A stretch of 64,000 bases of DNA from Macrostomum hystrix (lineage: Eukaryota; Animalia; Platyhelminthes). Each line of letters begins with the position of its first letter. The stretch's first letter is position 1. The notes under the pieces are model-generated. The model saw only the letters and a program-made list of their open reading frames with translations. It ran no database searches and had not been told where the DNA came from. Below, in pieces: positions 59,876 through 64,000 of this stretch. The stretch is from NCBI GenBank assembly GCA_950097015.1, contig CATNEN010000034.1, forward strand, positions 2,294,001 through 2,358,000, in the 5' to 3' direction. Both the position numbers and the translations under genes were made by a program.

Positions 59876-62800
59876 ATGGCTCTGTCGTCAGAGACAGCCG
59901 ATCAGGAAGCGCAGCAACCGCCAGCCCTACTGTTGGAGCCCGGCCTTGGCCTGCACCTGAATCTCGGTCTCGGATTCGCTGGTTCCAAAGGAGGCCTTTA
60001 CAAAGAGGACGCAACGATGACCAGCCCAATTGCCGGTGATGGCGGCGTCAACGGGGCGAGACCGGTCGATTCGATGGCTCCAAATCCAACGTCGCTAATG
60101 GACGAGGACTTTGACGATGCCGAAGAAGCCGAAGATGACGAAGAAAATCTTAACGATGACGATGAAGAGGAGGCTGAGCCTCTTGATGACGTCGACGAAG
60201 CTATGAGCGACAACGATCCCGACGATTCGCCAGCGCTGGTGGTGACTGCCAGACTTGGCGGAGAGGACAGATCGGATGCGATGGAGCTTGAAGAAGCTTC
60301 TCATGTTGGCGCAGTCGGACTGCCAACGATGCCAGACGATGCTAAGAAGCGCAAATTCCAGTGCCAGTACTGCGGCAAAGCCTTCTCGCTGATGAACGTG
60401 TTAAAAGTGCACGAGCGAATTCACACCGGGGAGCGGCCGTACGTCTGCACAATCTGCAACAAGGCCTTCAACCAATCCGGTGAGTTGTGCGCCTCAGCGT
60501 GTCCCGAGATCTGCGCACGTTTCACTTATATCAGTGTCTATTCTCTAGCGATAAAAAATTAAATAGACTCCTTGAACTTTTTGATTCTATTGCTTGCGAA
60601 GTTTGAAGTATAATCTAGCACCTACGCAATTTTTTCCCAGGATCGTTGAACCGGCACAAGCAGACACACGCCAAACGTTGGCACACAAACCGCTTCTACA
60701 CTTGCCGCTTCTGCAGCAAGCAGTTCATTCACAGCTCTCAGCTGCAGCTCCACGAGTCCTCGCACCCGGAGATGGCAGCCGCTGCAGCAGCCGCCGCTGT
60801 GGTGTCAATCACCAGTCAGCCGGTGTCAACCAGCTGCTCCTTCGTGCCGATGTCAGCAGGTGAGGCGCACAGCTCGGTTGCGGTTAGTAGCGGACCGCTG
60901 AACCTCACATCCATGACCGCTAGCGGTCTCACTTCACCGAGCAGCTCTAGGAAACATCAGCAGAAGCAACAGCAGCATCAGCACACCATTGCCACGATAG
61001 CGGCGCAGAATGCAGTACTGGTAGCAGCCGCAGCTCACAAGCAGCAGCAGCAGCAGCAGCAGCAGCAGTCTCCACCCAAGAAGTCGTGCGCGCCCTGCAA
61101 CCGAGTGTTCCAAACCGAGGAAGAATTTCAGCAGCACCAACAGGACCACTACATGGCGAACTTCGGTGAGCGCACCTGTCTATTATGCGATAAGTTCTTG
61201 TTTGACTACTCTTAGTAGTTTAGTCGAGTAAGGGTGATCTTCAAATCAAACAGTGACGCGAAAGCCTTTTTTAGTTCATTGCATTTTCTGAAGCAATGGG
61301 GAGAAGCAAGCTGAGCAAAGTCAGCGGAATGGGGAAAATTGCCTCCTCGCTGACTGTGGGTCTAGTGTCACCAATTTCCCGCCGCCCTCCTGCAATCATT
61401 ATTATTATTATCGGAGACCCACGACGCTTCAAAGGCGAAATCAAGCTCAAAAGTGGATTTCCACTAGCTAGTAAATCTGTCAAAAGACCCAAAAAAGTTA
61501 GGCTTCGTTTTTATCACAATCCGCAAGCCAACTCGCCCCGCACTGTCGCCACCGACCCGCAGCCGGAGTCCTCACGGGAATGTTTCCGGAGAACCTGCCC
61601 GGTCTCGCCTGCCAGCCTCCGGCTGTTTCGGCAGCCGCTGCCGCCGCCGCGGCAGCAGCAGCCGCAGCTGCCAGCCTGCAGCTCCCAGGCGCGGCTATGC
61701 CGCCTCCGCCCGGCGCTCCATCAACGGTGGTGACATCCTGCGTGCCGTCGAAGCTGCTGCAGGCCGGCCTGCCCGTCAGCCTGCCAATCATGGCGGCTCC
61801 CGGCCTGGTCAGCCCGCTTCAGCAGCTCGCGCAGCAGATGAAGAATCCGCTGGTGCACACCTCCCAGCAGCAGCAGCAACAGCAACAGCAGATGCAGAAC
61901 TCCATGAAGCAGCAGCAGGCGCTGATGCAGCAGGCTCTGGCTGCTCAACTTCTTGCTCAGATTGAGCAGCAGCAGCAGCCGCTCAGCCTCATCAAGAAGT
62001 CGCAGTCCCAAGAGGCGAACGGAGCCGCAAACTTTGCAAACGGTTGCGGTCTGATGGGACCAGCACGACCTGGCATGGTTGATGGGTCAGCCATCATCAT
62101 GCCCCCAGTCATGGCGCAGCCGCTCCTGGCTCCGCCGCCGCCTCCGCTGTTGCCGCCGCCACCGCCGCCGATTCCACCACCGGCGCCTTCGATGCAGCAG
62201 CAGCAGCAAGTGTCGCAGAACTCGCAACAGCAAAGGCCAAGTTCTCACCCGACTCAGCAGCAGAAGCAGACTAAAAGAATTGACACGTCTGACTCAAATC
62301 GAAAGCCGGCGCAAAATCAGCCAGAGCAACAGCAACAGCAGCAGCATCCGGATCAGCCATACCGCTGCAGCATGTGTCACGGACGGTTCGCGGACCCAAA
62401 CCAGCTGCGGGAGCACCTGCGCGCACACGACACACCGGAGGGCAAGACCTGCGTGGACTGCGGCAAGGAGTTCAATTGCGCATCGGCGCTTCGCATTCAC
62501 TTCAGAACTCACTCGGGCGAGAGGCCCTACATGTGCCAGTTTTGCGGTAAGAGCTTCTCGCAGAATGGCACGCTGAAGAGGCACCACCAGACCTGCCGCA
62601 CGGCCAAGGCGGTGCTGCCGACGCTCACGGACCTGCGCACCAGTCCCAACAGCAGCGAGAAGGAGAACATGCTCGAGGACGTGGTGGACGGGGCGCCAAG
62701 TCTCACTCCGCAGCCGCCGCCTCTGCTAGCCGCGGCGAGCAGCCCGTCCTGCGCCAGCGTCTCCAGCGACAGCTCAGACAGCCGCAACAGTGCTGAGAGT

Positions 62801-63352
62801 GGCGGCGTCGGCGAAGGCAGCGGCGATGCCGGTGGCGCCGGCAGCGGAGGAGGCGGCAGCAGCGGGGATGGCGGCAGCAGCGGGGATGGCGGCAGCAGCG
62901 GGGATGGCGGCAGCAGCGGGGATGGCAGCGGCAGGCGAAAGAGCAAGCGCACTGTTGATGACATCTGCGCCCTGCTGGCCACGGAGCGGGTCCGCCCTGA
63001 CATTCACGGAGCCCCCGGCAGCGTCAGCGGCGGAGACGCCTCGCTAACGCCCGAGACGAAGCAGCGCTTCCAGGAGATTCATCAGCGGCCAGTTGGATCC
63101 ATACCGCTGAACGAGCTGCTTCACTATCTGCTGCTGCGGGGACACCTGTACAGGTGCGCGCATTGCCAGGTGTTCTTCCTTGACTCGGCCATGTACTGCC
63201 TGCACATGCGGCAGCACGACCCGCAGGAGGCCTTTAAGTGCAGCCAGTGCGGCTTCACCGCCGAGGAGAGATACACCTTCAACAGTCACTTCGTTGAGCA
63301 TGGCCGACCCTCTCAGCAACAGCAGCAGCAGCTGCAGCACGATATTGACTGA
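59876..63352 (+). CDS. Ikzf: Ikaros/Hunchback-superfamily C2H2 zinc-finger transcription factor, 9 fingers, 972 aa, 3 coding exons
   Basis: Exon join 59876-60479, 60641-61165, 61563-63352 = 2919 nt, phase-consistent. C-terminal pair [51 protein letters not shown] matches the Ikaros dimerisation fingers ([21 protein letters not shown]…FECNMCG…DRYEFSSH). ZF1-2 [15 protein letters not shown]…NQSGSLNRH resembles Ikaros F1-F2. The start codon and upstream exons are uncertain (donor-like site at ~59658). Confidence 0.88.
61295..61410 (+). mobile_element. SINE family 1, 5'-truncated copy E in intron 2 of the zinc-finger gene
   Basis: agtcagcggaatggggaaaattgcctcctcgctgactgtgggtctagtgtcacc…ccctcctgcaatcattattattatt matches the 3' end of copy B. 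Confidence 0.8.
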
Positions 63353-64000
63353 CCAAGTGATTGTCCTGATAGTTAGTTCAGATTTCCCTAATCCTCAGAA
63401 ACATACGTCACTGTGTATTGTCCACTTAGTTCGTACGCGTATTTTTTCATTGTTTTGGCACCTGGGCTAAAGTCAATAGCTCCGTCATTTTAAACAGATC
63501 ATCATCAATTACCTTAGCCTATTATTTTGTACCTACATCGTTGTTTGTTTTTTAACGCTCTTTGTTAGTTTTCGTTAAATTTGCCAGCCACTGTCTGAGT
63601 AGTTTCTGAGAAAATAACTTTTCTCATATTTATCAGCGTTCAGGACGCTTTTTGTTGCAGACTTGTAAATTTCGCTTACTTATCGTTGCTATAGCCTATT
63701 TGCCTGGCATTTGTTTGCTTAGCTTTGAAAAACCCACCTGTATCCATTTCTGAGATTGTTGCTTGACTTGATTAGCAACTAAACTTGCTTGGAGAGAAGT
63801 TAACGCTACATTCGTAATGTTTTAACAGACACTTCCTAGTTTTGCAAAAATTCTGTTTAAAAGTTTTGAAAATTCTGTCTTAGAAACATGATAAAGTTTT
63901 GCTTATTAAAAATTAGGAGTAACATAATTAATTACTTCTTTTTTCATCAACAGTTCTATCACTCCTTTTCATATCCTGACTACAAGTTTTCATCAGTCAA

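Noticed and set aside
61580-63352. Calling the zinc-finger gene hunchback
   Set aside because: Only the C-terminal pair is shared. The diagnostic Hunchback middle fingers (YKHHLEYH, NKSMLNSH, YCHSLKLH) are absent, and the C-terminal pair is closer to Ikaros.

Overview
Eukaryotic (invertebrate metazoan) genomic DNA, with GC-rich poly-Q/A/P exons in AT-rich, minisatellite-packed introns. The style resembles Macrostomum-type flatworm genomes, but that is inference only. I reconstructed four spliced genes by hand with consistent GT-AG phases: (1) a smoothelin-like CH-domain gene (+, 1159-7051, 8 exons, 371 aa); (2) an Nkx6/HGTX homeobox gene (+, 17528-26117, 3 exons, 322 aa); (3) a single-domain secreted angiotensin-converting enzyme, peptidase M2 (-, 35648-29233, 6 exons, 648 aa); (4) a nine-finger Ikaros/Hunchback-superfamily zinc-finger gene (+, 59876-63352, 3 exons, 972 aa). 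About 24 kb with no coding sequence I could recognise separates the divergent ACE and zinc-finger genes. Mobile DNA comprises a hAT-type MITE with a perfect 8-bp TSD and an internal minisatellite, a decayed APE+RT LINE fragment, and two tRNA-derived SINE families (5 and 2 copies). There are about 25 tandem arrays, and nearly all long ORFs in the supplied track are artefacts of them. I found no CRISPR array, rRNA or genuine tRNA. The most unusual signals are minisatellites abutting splice sites and carrying reiterated decoy splice signals, an apparently duplicated Ikaros F1-F2 module, an HDV-ribozyme-like motif in a SINE 3' region, and inverted SINEs bracketing the ACE catalytic exons. I cannot demonstrate a wholly new system from sequence alone.
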